From the NCBI GenBank assembly GCA_030704615.1, contig CM060731.1, positions 46,004,001 through 46,068,000 on the forward strand: a stretch of DNA of 64,000 bases. Reading direction: 5' to 3'. This document shows positions 20,480-47,947 of this stretch, piece after piece (position 1 is the first letter of the stretch; each line of letters begins with the position of its first letter). The notes under the pieces were generated by a model. That model worked only from the letters and a program-made list of their open reading frames with translations, did no database searches and was not told the DNA's origin. The position numbers were made by a program, and so were the translations under genes. The DNA is from Takakia lepidozioides. Taxonomy: Eukaryota > Plantae > Bryophyta.

Positions 20480-20875
20480 CTTGAACTCGCATGTGGAGTA
20501 TATAATGTGAAAATGTCTGTGCAGCAAGGTAGACGGAATGAGTAAATACTGTTAAAACTTTGCTGTCTATCACATAAATCCCAAACTCCAATGTCCTGCT
20601 GCATCGTACTCTTGAACGAGCATGTTGTGTACATAATGTACATAATGTGAAAATGTCTGTGCAGCAAGGTAGACGGAATGAGTAAACACTGTTAAAACTT
20701 TGCTGTCTATCACATAAATCCCAAACTCCAATGTCCTGCTGCATCATACTCTTGAACTAGCATGTCGTGTACATAATGTGAAAATCTCTGTAGGAATGGT
20801 AGAAGGAATGAGTAAATACTGTTAAAACTTTGCTGTCTATCACATATCAATCCCAAATGCCAATGTTCTGCAGCG
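20480..20875. repeat. Three tandem ~130-140 bp repeats
   Basis: Units start with cttgaac at about 20480, 20611 and 20751 and share ggaatgagtaaa.actgttaaaactttgctgtctatcacata.atcccaaa. They lie downstream of the DUF1421 gene. Confidence 0.9.
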
Positions 20876-21471
20876 GCGTAGTCAGCAACAATTGGCACCA
20901 AAAAGTTGAGTGGAAGTAGGGATTATGTCCACACACCAGTCTCATCAACTGAAAATATGTATGACTTGTGGCATCTGATTCCAGATGTGGTTCACTCCCT
21001 TCTCCTATGGGAAAGGAGACAGGTCTAGGAAGTAACGCTCGGATATGACCAGTCTCACCCTCCCAAGCATGGTCTTCAAATGGTACAGCTGCTGCTCAGT
21101 CCGCAAACCCCCCCCCCCCAACTCTACAGTTTGACCTTCAAAGCAACTTTGTTTAAGTATCCATAAAGTGACCAGTTCCAGAACCTATACATCCAGGTGT
21201 AATGACTGGCCTCAGTTGAAACCATGGGAAGAAGAAGTTCACATTTACCATGACAACAAGAGCATCCAATACTGCTTATGTACAGAGCCACCTGGAAAAG
21301 AGGTAATGAACAATAATTCAGCAATGAAGCTGTGGCTGATTCATGCAGAACAGCGAATTCCTCTTGCAACCTTTGTTTTGTTACTATACTACTGAAAGCA
21401 CTTGAATTCTGCGGCAAACAATTTCTTGTCGCAATCAACACCCTTCCTGCCTTATTGATCCCCAACTGCTG

Positions 21472-24400
21472 TTACCGTCCAAACCAGCCTTTCTGGGGTT
21501 GTACTTCACCACCACCATTCATCAACTTGTCAAGTACAATATTCAGATCCACTGACTGTCCATTCTCTGTCAGCCTTCGCACCACAGCTCTTACTTGGTC
21601 CTTGGAAAATCCCATGACTGCCACTTTCTCAATCACTTCATCAATTGGCACCCGGTTTGTTGATAAAGGTGCTCCCCCTGAGGGACCAGCACCATTAGCC
21701 CCTGCAGGAGGCAATGACTGCTGAACTGGTTGGGCAGTGGGCAAGCGTGGGTAACCCCCACTGCCACTGCTTGGAGCGGAAGGCAGCACTGGCTGTGCTA
21801 CACGGTACACGGAGCTGGTATATCCAGGCTGCCCCATCATCTGTGAATCATACATGGATGGTCCAACCTGGCCCTGGGAATGGTATGGAGGTGGCAGTGC
21901 CAATTGGCCTGAGTTATTCCGACCAACAGGAAGCTCATAGACCTGTGGTCCACTTGGGCCAAGCTGCTGTTGACTCGGCGGCTGAGACTGCTGCATCTGA
22001 GGAGGTGGGAGCGGGCGACTTCCATAGCCTTGAGGCAAGTATGGTGGTGGCGGCGGTGCAAGCTCCTGGACATAGTTGGCCTGTTGAGGGCCTTGGTGAG
22101 GTACCTGAGGGTGAGGACCATAGGGTGGGGCTTCTGCCTGGTGGCTGTACTGTTGTGGCAACTGGGTATGTGGCCCTAGCTGCTGCTGCTGCTGGAGTTG
22201 TGGCGGCTGCTGCTGAGCGTAAAAAGACTGCATTGCCATGGAGTTCTGGGGCTGCAGCTGGTGTGGAGGTGGGCCTGGTGGCAGAGAAGGCTGCTGGTAG
22301 TGGGGCTCTGCCTGTGTTGCAGAAGGTGCCTGCAGCTGCAGCTGCTGGTGCTGTTGGGGTGGTAGCTGCTGAGATGCTGGAGGAGAAGGTGGTGGCTGCA
22401 AAGGTGGGGGGGCAGGGGGGGATGGTAACTGCTGCTGATGGTGAAGATAAGGGGGTGCCAATTGCTGCTGTGGAGGGGCATCCACCTGCTTTGGAGGTGA
22501 GGGAGGACTGGGAGGTGCCTCAAGAGCTGCTTGGACAGGTGCTGGTGCAGTAGGAGGCATCTCGGTCTTGCTCAGCTGGAGCTTTGCAAGCTGCGAGTGT
22601 GCCTCTGATATCTCCTGCCTGTCACGCAATACCTGCACACCCCGTTGCACCTGCCAATCCCGCAAGTTATGTTTCTTCCAGAGCATCATATGTGCCTTCA
22701 CAAGTATGCTAGTGAAGGTAGAAAAACCAACAAAGTGACCTTGTGCATGTCAAACTCAAGGCAGAGGAGCATAGTTACACTGCCACACTAAAAGCTGCAA
22801 TCATATGCCTGATAATGCGTTCAAGACTGAGAAACAACATCTTTTCCTCAATATCCATTCTGATGCATACATGGATTTCAGAGAGAATCCAAAATTGTGT
22901 GGTCCGCTATTAATCTACCCTAATGTTGCCAAAAGGACTAACTTACGTGCAAGCAAAGCCAACAACTTGAAAGAACAAATACCTCTCGGATCATGTTTTC
23001 CAAGGACCTCAGCTTCCCATCGGTAGAACCACTATTATTTGCTGCCTCGCCTTTGAGTTCACTCACCAGATGTTCCAGTCGCTGAGTGGTAGACTCAAGC
23101 TGGGTCAGGCGTCCACTCATGCCCTCCAGCACACGTAACAGGTTGTCGGCATACTTCTTCATAGTTCCTTCCACAGCTGCCACTGTGGCCGCTTCAACCG
23201 TGTCCTTCTCATATGTTGAAGGAGGCTGCATAGTTCGCTGAACATGCGACATTGAGCATAACAGACAACCAACAACCATCAGTACCACTCTATCCATAAA
23301 TGCCTTAACCCTATCGCTTTGAACTTTGGTATTTCTTGCCTTGCAATACTGGGTAGCTGTGTCCCAAGGTGGCCTTCATTCTCACCATGTAATGATATTA
23401 GCCCTTTGAGAGCCACACACCTGGATTTGATTTTGCCAAAGAATCTAGTATTATTTGGTTTGTGTCGAACTATCACTTTGATGGGTGAGACACATCTTGG
23501 TCACTGGATTGGCGACATGACTACTCTTTTTTAAATCAACATCTCACTTCACATTTCAGTTTGACCTCAAACGCTGCCAATTTTACAGGTTGATGCACAT
23601 ACCAGCAGTATCACCAACTGCATAGGGACTTCCACAGAGAGGTTTAGGTCATGCACCACATAATTATTCAACCATAGCTTACTTCTTACTTCCCTCCTCA
23701 CTGTGTAGACTGCCTGAATGTTTACTCATCCCACAGAGGTTTGCAGTAAATGCCACTCAAACCGATTTTGTCAAGATGCCCATATTCTCCAAGTGTACCA
23801 GAAAAAGAAAGCAGACCACAACTGAGTTCAATTCAGCTTTGAAGCTGAAAGCATACTGGCAGTTTTCCATTCTAAGTGGGTGTCAACATTTAATGTACCT
23901 GGTCCCATGATTAATATCCATTCACTCTCTGAAGTACCAATGCCAATGGCCACTAACGATCCTCGGCCCCACGGTGGCCATTAAGCCATATCCATCTCTG
24001 CTACCAGTGCAAACAGACCTCAGGCTTCTATTGTCAAAACAGATACATTCAGGGCATAAGTGCAGGACAGTTTCTCTGGCATCTGCAGAAGCAGATCTAC
24101 AGTAAATGACTTGCCACCATTCAGGTTAATCTAACCCTTGTTAGTAATTACCCACAAATGCGACTCAGATTAGGTCAAATCTGGTAATTGATCAGCTCCC
24201 TGATTACAGCTTTGAGTGGCTCCGTAGCTATCACAACCCACTCAGAATATGCAGTATATGAGTAATCAGGTCATCTGTGCGATAATGTTGACCTCCTTCC
24301 CAATCGCTACATCTAACCTTCCCCCTTCTTCAACGGTGGGATCTGTGATTTCGTCACCAACATGATCCCATTAAGACGGTTTGAACTTCCAAATCATGAA

Positions 24401-24899
24401 ATGGTAATCCTCAATCTACCCCATTTCGTCCCTCCTAACTGCTATATTACAGACCAGAAGTAACAAAATATACCAAGGTCGCAGGGATTTGAGAAGTTGC
24501 ATATGCCGGGGTAGACGATGACTGCCGTCCACGGCTCTCCTCCCCTCGTAATCCTGACGATGAAGCGCTCAACTTGTTCCCTGTAACTGCTGTGCTTGCG
24601 ATTGGCTGAAAATCAAAGTTCTCCTCCCCTCTCATCCCCGGAGACGCAGCATTGAACTTGTTCCCCGAACCTGCTGTACTTGTAATGGGCTGGAAATCAA
24701 AGCTCGGTAGCACATCGTCGTTACCAAAATCGAATTCAGGTAAGGAATTCTCCCTCTTGCTGTGAACGCCGCTGTAAGAGGTGTTCCCACTGGAATTTGC
24801 CGTAGACGGCGCGGTTGTCGAATGCAGCAACTCGAAGAAAGGCTCGTTCTGTGAACCTGCTTGGAATGCAGCCATGCCTGACGATCCCTGGTGATCCAT
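21472..24899 (-). CDS. DUF1421 / FLOE1-like prion-like coiled-coil protein
   Basis: Exons about 24899-24474 (MDHQ..., DDVLPSFDFQPI), 23237-22983 (VEGTMKKYADNLLRVLEGMSGRLTQLE...KLRSLENMIRE) and 22650-21472 (VQRGVQVLRDRQEI..AQLAKLQ, Q/P-rich disordered region, C-terminal VPIDEVIEKVAVMGFSKDQVRAVVRRLTENGQSVDLNIVLDKLMN = DUF1421). Confidence 0.9.
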
Positions 24900-25299
24900 G
24901 GAACGCAAGAGATCCTCTAAAAGAAAACAAAACCCAGATGGTATCAAGCGGGGCAATTAACACTGCAAGTTATGAGATAAATTTATCATCCCAGACCAGG
25001 GTTATACCGTTCACCACCACCTATCGAGTTCACCAGACAGACAGAAACCTTCTCTAACCAGCGAAAGAGTGAGACAAGGAGATTGAGAAAGCCCACAAAG
25101 TAGATGAACCCTGGCACCCTCAATTGGGCATTGAAGAGGGGAGAGAATCCATTTCCGAAGACGAGGGTAACGTGTGATGGAAGAAAGAGAAGCGGATTGG
25201 AAAGAACACGAACAAGACGACGGTGGATGAGTCCTGCCGCAAGCAACCATGCCTTGCAGTCCAGGATAAAGGAATATTTACGCGGTAATTCGTAATATT

Positions 25300-26050
25300 T
25301 TGTCAGTTTGTTACTAATAAGTTACTAATCCTGCGTTTACTATTCCTCAACCTCCGGCTATCTTGTTATGGATGAATCTCGTCGGACGTAATGGCGCCGA
25401 CGGACACACTAGACCGTGTGTGAGAATGGATGAATGTATGTTTAGCCCAAACTTACCTTCCAGTGACGAGTTAAATTAACATCAAAATATTAAGGAAACT
25501 TTTGAAGAAATAAATAAGTAAATCCGTAGATATCCCCAGCCGCTTGAATTTCCGGGCCACCCAAAGAACGGCTGGCTTTACGAGGGCCGCCCAGTACAGC
25601 CTCCGTTACTAATGTTGTTTTCTAATAAGAATAATAACAATAAATTAAAAATAGAAAAGAAATTAAAAAACAATAAAAAACAATAGTATAACCAAAAATA
25701 AAAAACCAAACAATTAATTTTAAAAACAAAAAGAGTCACCTTACAATTAGCTACGTGTTTAATTTTAATTTTAATTTAGTTTTTATTAAAAATTTAATCA
25801 AGAGTTTCTTTGGAAAAAAGAAAGAGAAAACAGTTTATCTGATTGGTTAAATCTATATTGTTTACTAAACGACTTTTTGGGGACCTGGATAGTTGCACAC
25901 GCACCACGTGGCTCGTTTTCAGACCTCGTTGGTACCACGGGAGTGCTGACGTGGAGTAGAATTAGGCCCTGAAGGTGTTCCCGCCACACCCTAAAATTTC
26001 TCTTTCCCCCCATTTACTCTCTCGATTGTTTTCAGCAGAAATGTGTGGAA
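25300..26050. promoter_or_regulatory. Shared divergent promoter region of the DUF1421 gene and SMC3
   Basis: The genes are head-to-head with ATGs about 1.4 kb apart. There is a central A/T-rich tract (about 25615-25800) and CACGTG / TGACGTGG motifs near 25905 and 25947. Confidence 0.45.
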
Positions 26051-26296
26051 TGTCTGTTGACCTTGCTGCGAAGATTCTGTCTCTCTCTTCTCATCCTCCT
26101 CCCGCCTCTTTGAAACAGACTTGCTGTTGTCATCGTCTTGTCGCTCGGTTTCTTATACTGCTTAGGATGATCGCATTTCTCTGTCCAATTTAGCGTAAGT
26201 TCACAATTGTATGCGGGATTCTGTGATATGTCTCTTGTGTCTGGAATTTTTCCACCAAGTTAGAAGGCTGTGGGAGGCCTGCTTTGCTGTGCAGCC

Positions 26297-40058
<13,762 letters not shown>

Positions 40059-40900
40059 ATGTCCAAGTGATGTCTAATTGTAAATTGTGCGTTTGCTTCC
40101 TGTCATGGTTCTGGAGGATAAAGTGCATTGGGATCTTCTGCCTGCTTTGTTCTTGAGGTTACTTCCTGTGAGTTTTTTGTGGTATCATTTGAGTGAGAAG
40201 TTTTCTGTATGCCGATTGCCACTCCCCCTCAAGCGGGCACATAATGGAATCTGTTGCCAAATGGTATGATAAGCATGACTGTAATTGAGTATAGCATACC
40301 TGCGTTGCAATTCACCTCACATATTGGACTAGTAGTTAGTCACAGTTTTTGGGGTCCACAATTTTGCCAGTCTGGCAGAATAAATTTGGCCGTGAGAAAC
40401 TTGAACTTTGAAAAGTATGAGTGTGACATGCACAGAGGAAGCCTGGAGTGCCTTCATCTTCCAGGCCCATGTGGCTGCACTCTGGCTTAGCCTTTTCCAA
40501 TTGCATTTTTGGAAACAGAGATCATGTCTCATTAACAGCCATGTAAGTTACGCTCCATCAAAACGGAAAATGGGGGTCTACTCTAAACTTTAAGGCAGAA
40601 CAGTACGTGGACGGACGTTCTTGTTTTATGTGGTGAACTCGATGTTCATGTTTCTAACGACGAGAGGAAATCTTCTTTTTCTAAAAAAAAATAAAGGGAA
40701 ACACCTGGGAGCGACAGCTGACAAATCAGGCTGGCCCCTTGATAGTTCTAGCGACAACCGAAGGTCGAGAGCTAGTTTAGCGTAGAGCGTGAATAGGGTG
40801 GCGAAGTTCCAGGTCATTGTAAACACATCATCGTCATCACGCCACGTTGTCATTGTCGTCATTTGTGTGTGTGACGGTTGCAAGGGGCCCGCTTTGGACT

Positions 40901-41022
40901 AGGTAGCATTGGAGAGGAGCCCGGATATAGCAGGGAGGCAGGACCTACCGAGCCGCGTTAGCCGCGAGATGTCATGGCGACCTGCTATATCCGGTAGCAG
41001 GGGCTCCTCTCGAGCGCTACCT
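40901..41022. mobile_element. Small hairpin/MITE-like element
   Basis: Inverted arms aggtagc.tt.gagaggagcc..ccggatatagcagg and cctgctatatccgg...ggctcctctcgagcgctacct. Confidence 0.6.
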
Positions 41023-41024
41023 GA

Positions 41025-41263
41025 CATAACCGGTTTTTAGGGCAGCGAGCCAATCATTTTAGGGCAGCTAGCCAGTCAGTTTACCCTTGTATGTACCTAC
41101 CACCACGTTTTCTATCCATTTGGAGCTGTGATATGAAGTTTTCATCCCCGCAACAGGTAGGTAGTTAAAATCTAGTAGGTCGTAGAATACCACATATAGC
41201 ACCCCTCCTCAAATCCAGTAGAAACACGCCACGTTAGCGAGTCTGCTCTAAAAATCGGTTATG
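41025..41263. mobile_element. MITE with 21-bp terminal inverted repeats (CA...TG ends, hAT-like)
   Basis: CATAACCGGTTTTTAGGGCAG at the left end and CTGCTCTAAAAATCGGTTATG at the right end (2 mismatches). TSD is degenerate. Confidence 0.7.
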
Positions 41264-42199
41264 GTTCCTCACAAATGAGCATCGAATTGGATGGCGTCTC
41301 TGTAGAAACAGAGAAGGAGTACACGCTTTGTATGCTTGGCTGTACCCTCTTCCCAGCAAAAGAGGTTATTGCAGTGAAACTTCCCCTACTAACCTGCTGA
41401 TAATTCTAGCCTGAAACGAATGTACTCTGGGTGAAGAAGCAAGAAAGCGGATGGAGCATGGAACAGCGCTGGCAGGAGTTGTTTGAAGATACTTCACAAT
41501 GGTGGGACAGTAGCCTTGACAAGGTGAGCTTCCTTGTGTAGGAGTTCGACTGAACTCTGGTATGATCGTATTGTGTGGACTGGTGAGTGAAGTCAGAATT
41601 TCGCTTTGCTGTCTGTATCGAGGTTGTTCTTCCTGAGCAGGTAGGTCACACACCGATCTCAGAGGGAGGCCACATATTCAATCGTCTGGTTCTCTCTGTT
41701 GCACAGCTTGCCTCCATCTCCCACTTCTTTGACTCATCTTCCGCTTGCAAATCGTTGTGCTTCTGTAGGGGAGCCTGGTGTGTCAAAAGGGAGAGTTCAG
41801 CTGTTGTTTGTGGCAAGAAGCTGTTGAAGACTTCAATCGTTACAAGCCACAACAATGACCTCCTGGGGAACTCCAAGCAAGAGGGGAAATAGAAGTGGTT
41901 CGGTGATGCAAAGCAGCTCTGCGCTCACAGCGAGAGCAGGGAAGACCACATGGATCATCAAGAACAATTCTGCTTCCAATGGCTCTGGAGACTCCATCTT
42001 AGGCAAAGGCCCAACTCCCAATATCACTGCGCAATCGCCTCTGTCAGAAGAAGGAGTATGGGAGGACCATCCCACAGGTGGTCTCTGAGCAGCCGGTGCT
42101 AACATTGGATACAACCAAGCTAAAAGCTCAAGCACAAAAGCTCACCTAGAGGGGGGTCCCTCTGTATTTCCCTGGGAAGCTAAGACCAAGGCTGTGGGT

Positions 42200-45100
42200 C
42201 AGAAGATGGATAGTTGAACACCTAGGCGCTGAAGGGGGACTGGCCCAGCATTTTTGTCTCTCCATGGGGAGAGGTTTCTACCTGGCTCTCTTTTGTTCGA
42301 CAGTGGAAGCAGAGGCAGCGTTAAGGTTTAACACCCAGATGTCTGCTACAAAGGTTTTCTTGTTTCCATGGACCCACGATTGGGGCCACAAACAGGGAGT
42401 CCTATGGAGACCAAGGGTCATCGTGATACCTTTCCTTCGTGCCACTTACTTAATGTCCCTTCCGGAGATTGGCGCCAGTTTTGGCACATTTATTGGCTCC
42501 CTGAACGTTTTCGAGCCAATTCCAGCACCATCAAAAGTGTAGACAATGAAGCAGTTCATCTCGATCTTGCCAAAGACATTGGAGTGCCAAAACTTGTTGT
42601 GAATCTAATGCCCGAGTCTAAGCCAATATAGGGGCCTCAATAAAGCTCCCGACGCTGGACGACATAGTCGTCTCAATCAAGGAGGAGCTCATTTCTACGA
42701 TTTGCTTCGTGTGCAATGGAGAAGGCCACATTCGCTCCAACTGTCCAAATTTCCAGAGGCAGAATGCTTTGGACGCCTCCAAGCAGGACTCTATGCTAAA
42801 TGGCAGGGCAGGCTCCACCTTAAGAGCAACAGAAGATGATTCGTTGGCCCAAGACAATCACCAAGCAAACGTGGAGATGCTGCGAAGTGATCAGCCTCCA
42901 AAAAAAGGAAGCGCGATGGGGTACGAGCCACATGGATTCACCCCAACCGTCCATACGACCTGGCCCCTGTCAAAATTGTGGAAGCCTGGGCTTCCTTCCC
43001 TTTCTCTGAAGAAGAGCTACAGCTCTTGGATAGTAACAGTCTCACGGCCACGGCTTTCCTGGAACTTCACTCTTTCACTCGGAGGCCTCTTACGGGATGG
43101 GCTGCCGGGACTGATTACTACAGGGATATGGCAGCGATTTCGGTGACTCCTCTGGGTTTCACCTTCTTTGACGAATACACAAACTTCTTCATCCCTAAAA
43201 ACGGAGAAGGCTTCCGCTCTGCTTGGGTCACGGAGGCTCTGGTTTCAGAGCTGAAGTCTGGAACAACAATGGACATTGCCCTTCATCTGACTTCCAAAGT
43301 TCTCAGGGAGTTATTTCCTCGCATCTCCATCTCTCAATCTCACACGCAGAATATAGGCATAATGGTCGAAAACAACGCTGCTCTTGTGAATCTGGCAGTT
43401 ATCCACGTTCTACCGGTTTTCAAGTTCAACGACATCCTCCAATGGAATTGACCACTGGCACATAGGATTTCTTTAGTCCATTGTAATTCTGTGGAAACAA
43501 GTCCATTGCACGGTCTTCAAAAGTCCATAACATTCCTTGTTGGATTCATTGGAAGTTCCTATGGTGCATATTGAAGCTAGGAATTCAGCAATGACATATA
43601 TATTTGCTGGTTTTAATGAGTTAATTCAAAAAAAATTGATGACACCATCAATTGCAATCATCTAAAACTATGTCGATAACGTCCATCTTGGTCCAGTCAT
43701 TCCTGCATTCACCCATGGGTGAAACAGTGGGTGGTGGGAGGTGACTTCAATATGGTGGAAGTAGATTGCGATCGAGCATGTCCTTTTATGTCCACAGTCT
43801 GTCTGGGATTATTGGAACTCTTTTTGTTTGGCTGCCGGTTTGTTTGACGCATCCCCTCCACTGGAGGGAGAGCTCAAATTTACCTGGTCTAACAACATGC
43901 AGCCCCCCAATCTGGCGCTTGCTTGGTTAGACAAATTTTACTGCTCTGCTCACTTGTTGATCTGGTCTGTCAGATCTCCAATTGCTCCTATCTCCCCTGG
44001 ATTTGACCACTCCGCTGTCCAGTTGTCTCTTCACACCCCTGGATCAGAGGCAGGGGCTTTTTAAAGCTAAACCCCTCCATCCTGTCTGACCCAGAGGTGA
44101 TAAATTCTCTTCAAAGGGTTTGGTCCTCTGCTGACCTCCCCTTCTCCTCTCCAACTCTTCTTTTTCTCTCCAAAAGTGCCTTCATGTATGTCAATTTCAA
44201 GTGCAGCTTGGAAGGGACGACCCCCAAACCTATATCTCGTACAAAACTGCCAAGAAGAACCTTTCTTTGCTTCATCACTCCAGGGAGCAGTTTATTAAAA
44301 TCAAGGCTGGGGTTAACTGGTCGCTTAAGGGGGGAGAAAATGTCTAAATACTTCTTTGCTAAAGCTGCTCAACGGCTGGCTTCCACTCTCATCTCTTCTT
44401 TGCGTGATGCTTTTGGTCTGCCCTCCTCTGTCTGAAGGAAAATGTCCAGCATTGCTGCTGACTTCTTCAAGCAGCTCTTTGAAAAAAGACCTCACACGCC
44501 ACTGGTGGAGGAAGCTAGAAATTCCTTGTTGACAAATATCCCTTGCTCGCTGACTGCTGTTGACAATGCCATGTTGGCTGAGCCTTTCAAGAGGAGTTGT
44601 GTAGGGTAGATGAATTGGCTTCTATAAAGAGTCTGGGTCCTGATGGCTTGCCAATTGAACTGTTTAAATCCCTTTGCTCTAGGCCGGGGGGATTTCCTGC
44701 TCATGGCTGATGACAACTTGGCGAAGCAGATGATGCCCTCTCAAATGTCTGAAGGTCTTATAACCCTCATTTACAAAAAAGGAGAGAGAGATAGCGTGGC
44801 TAACTACCGTCCAATCACCCTTCTCAATTCGACGTACAAAATAATAGCCAAGGCTTTAGCTTTAAGGATCCAACCCTTGATGCCCAAAATTATAAGGAAG
44901 GACCAGACTGGTTTTTTGAAAGACCGTGTGATACTTGATAACATTTTGTTGGTGCATGAAGCACTCCATAGAGCTTCTTTGAATAACCAGCCCCTAGCCC
45001 TTCTTATGTTGGATTTCAAAAAAGCCTTTGATTCTATCGATTGGACTTTCCTCCTGGTTGTCTTGGATAAATCTGGCCTGAATGGTCCCTTCCTGTCTTG

Positions 45101-47909
45101 GATCAAGATTCTGCTGCAGTATGCTTCCAGTAAAGTTTTGGTTAATGGGGTGATCTCCTAATTCTTCCCGATTTCCAGATGGGTTATAAGGCAGGGATGC
45201 CCACTGGCATCTTTCCTTTTTCTGATTGCAGCAGACTCCCTTTGGCATCTTCTTGAAGCTAGGCATGACATCACGGGGCTTCATCTCCCTACCTTTGTAC
45301 CAGAGATGGTCAAGCTCTCTATGTATGCTGATGACACCACGCTCCTACTGGACAACTCGACCCGATATAACATTGACAGAGCTCTACAGGCCTTGCAAAT
45401 ATTTTGCTTGGGCTCTGGTTTGAAGGTCAATTGGACGAAATCTATGGGCCTTCTCTCCTTGTTACAAAATCAGGCACCAATTTCGCATTGTCAACCTTGC
45501 AGGGGTCAGGACATTGGACTAAAATGGCTCCAACCAGGTGAGTCAAACACGTTGCTGGGCCATCAAATTGGTTTGAATCTGCCCCAACAAAGTAGAATGC
45601 AAGCTGTGACTCTGGCACATTGGAGTTCTTCCATGCTTTCCATTGCAGGAAGAGCACTGGTGGCCAACCAGGTGCTACTTGCCTCTACCTGGTTTTCTGC
45701 TGCTGTGTGGGATCTAGGTACATCGATGGTGAAAGAGATAAAGGCTTTGGTTCGGAACTTTATTTGGGGAGAGACTACGCAAAACCCAGTGAGAAGAGCC
45801 CTTATTTCCTGGGAGCAGCTCTGCCAGCCTAAGATCAAAGAGGGCCTTGGCATTATTGATCCTGCGGCGCAGATAAAGGCTTTGCTGGCCAAATGGATTC
45901 CGAGAGCTCTAACTCACCGCCACAGCCCATGGAGCAAGTTAATCCAACCTTACTTGATGGGAGCTATGTCTTCTTCTTCCCGGCCGTGGGCTCAATCCCT
46001 GCGTTGGATTGTTCAAGGCAGGAACGCCAACATTCAGCTCGGATCTAGCCCGTGGCAATCAATCTGGGCAGCCTGGCAATCCTTAAGGTGCTCTCTCACC
46101 CAAAGTCTCCCCACAAATTACGCTGAGGCAGTGCGTCAACCTATCTTTGGGAATCGCGATTTAAATTCTGAAATGTTGCTGCTACAACGACCTAAATGGG
46201 CTTTCTGGGAGCAATGTGGCTTCACTCACGTGGGAAGTATTTGGGAGCAAAACCAATTCATGTCTGAGCCTGCAGTTACTCAGCTGGTTGGCACAAGACG
46301 TGCTAAAGCTTGGCCTTCCCTGCTTGCAGAAATTCCAGCCTACATGGCTCATTTACTCATTGCAGGGGAAGGCAACTGACCCTGCCTCGATGGATGGCCT
46401 CAGCAACCAATGGCGTGAACTCTGTCATCCTTGTTCTATCTGTGCAGGGACAAACTGCTTCGGGGATTGCCTTTGTGGCAGACCTGGAGGGTGATCTGCA
46501 CTTCGGAGGCATGATGGACATGAACAAAAGCTCCTTATTCCCCATCAGGGTGATAGACGGTTCGGGGAACACCACCCCAACCCCTCTCAGAGGTCAAGAA
46601 GTCCAATGGGCTCTTCACTCAAAATTCACCTGGTTCCTGTCGTATCCCCTGGCTGCTTTGCAGTTCGACCCAGGGGAGTGGAGATGGAAGGATGATCATC
46701 AAACTCCCTTTTTTGTCCATTCAGTAAAGCTGGGCTACAAGCTGTTGAGACCAGACACATTTTCCACTCTAGCTGGGAGGAAAAGTGGGGGCACTTACAT
46801 TTGACACATACCAACTGGGATCTGGTTTGGAAAGAGATTTGGAGAAAAGAAAGACCAGCAAAAATCTCCGGCTTTCTGTGGAAATTGGCGCACAGAATCC
46901 TGCCTGTGTCCATGCCAAGACTCTCCTCAACAACACCTTCTGCAGTTTATGTAACACTCAACCAGAATCCATCGAGCATTGCTTAACTGAGTGCCACCTC
47001 TCGGTTAGAATTTGGAGAGAGGTGTTAAGGTTCTATGCAAACTGGGCTTCCTTTCCATCCCCCCCTCCACCATCTCTCTTGCTTCTGAATATGTTGTCTG
47101 CCCACAGAGTTTGTGTCTGCCCTGTCTGGGCCAGTCTTAGGGCCATAATATTGTGGAACCTATGGAAAGTTAGATGTTCATTTGTATATAAAGGAAGCCC
47201 CCCATGGGCAGGTCTACCCTCTTTTGCATCTACCAAGACCTGCTTATTGAGGGGAGGAAAGCCTGGGGCGTCATGATTGCAGCTATTTCCAAATCTTCGG
47301 AGCAACGCGGGGGAAAGCTCTTCACTGATTTTCAGCAGTCCTGGGGTAAAAATGGCCTTCTCGGAACCGATCTTCCCAATGACCGATTTTGTTGGTAAGT
47401 CTCCACTCCCACCGCTTGGGATGTCACCTGGTGAGGGAGATATGGGGGCTTCAATTGGAGACACAAGAAGGCCCGAGTTACTAAGTTTAGAACTTCGTTT
47501 TTAGATAGCTTGCAATGGCTGTCTTCTGGCTCCTTGTGTTTTCAGATGGCAAACGCTGGTTGTCTCTCATGCCAGGGTGTTTTTCAGATGGCTTACACTG
47601 GCTATCTTTCCTTCACTTTTTCCATTCTGTTGCTGCAGCTTATAGCTTAAGCTCAGCCCAGCTCTAGGCTTACCAGCAGTCTACTGAGCATCTGCTTCCC
47701 TTAGCAGTATCATGTAGCTTGGGAGATCCCTGTTTTCTCCTCATTTTCTCTTAGGCTGACAGTGTCTCCTTTCCTTAGGCTTCGAACAGGCTGCTGCTTA
47801 CCAGCAATCTTCTCTTAGACTTAGATTTCTATTATCTGCTGCTTACCAGCATTTTGCTTAGGCTCTGACTCCATTTCATCTCGCTTAGATTTGATCTGCT
47901 CCCACGGTC

Positions 47910-47947
<38 letters not shown>

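Noticed and set aside
21714-22553. 279-aa Ala/Val/Gly-rich ORF on +
   Set aside because: Antisense shadow of the Q/P-rich DUF1421 exon.
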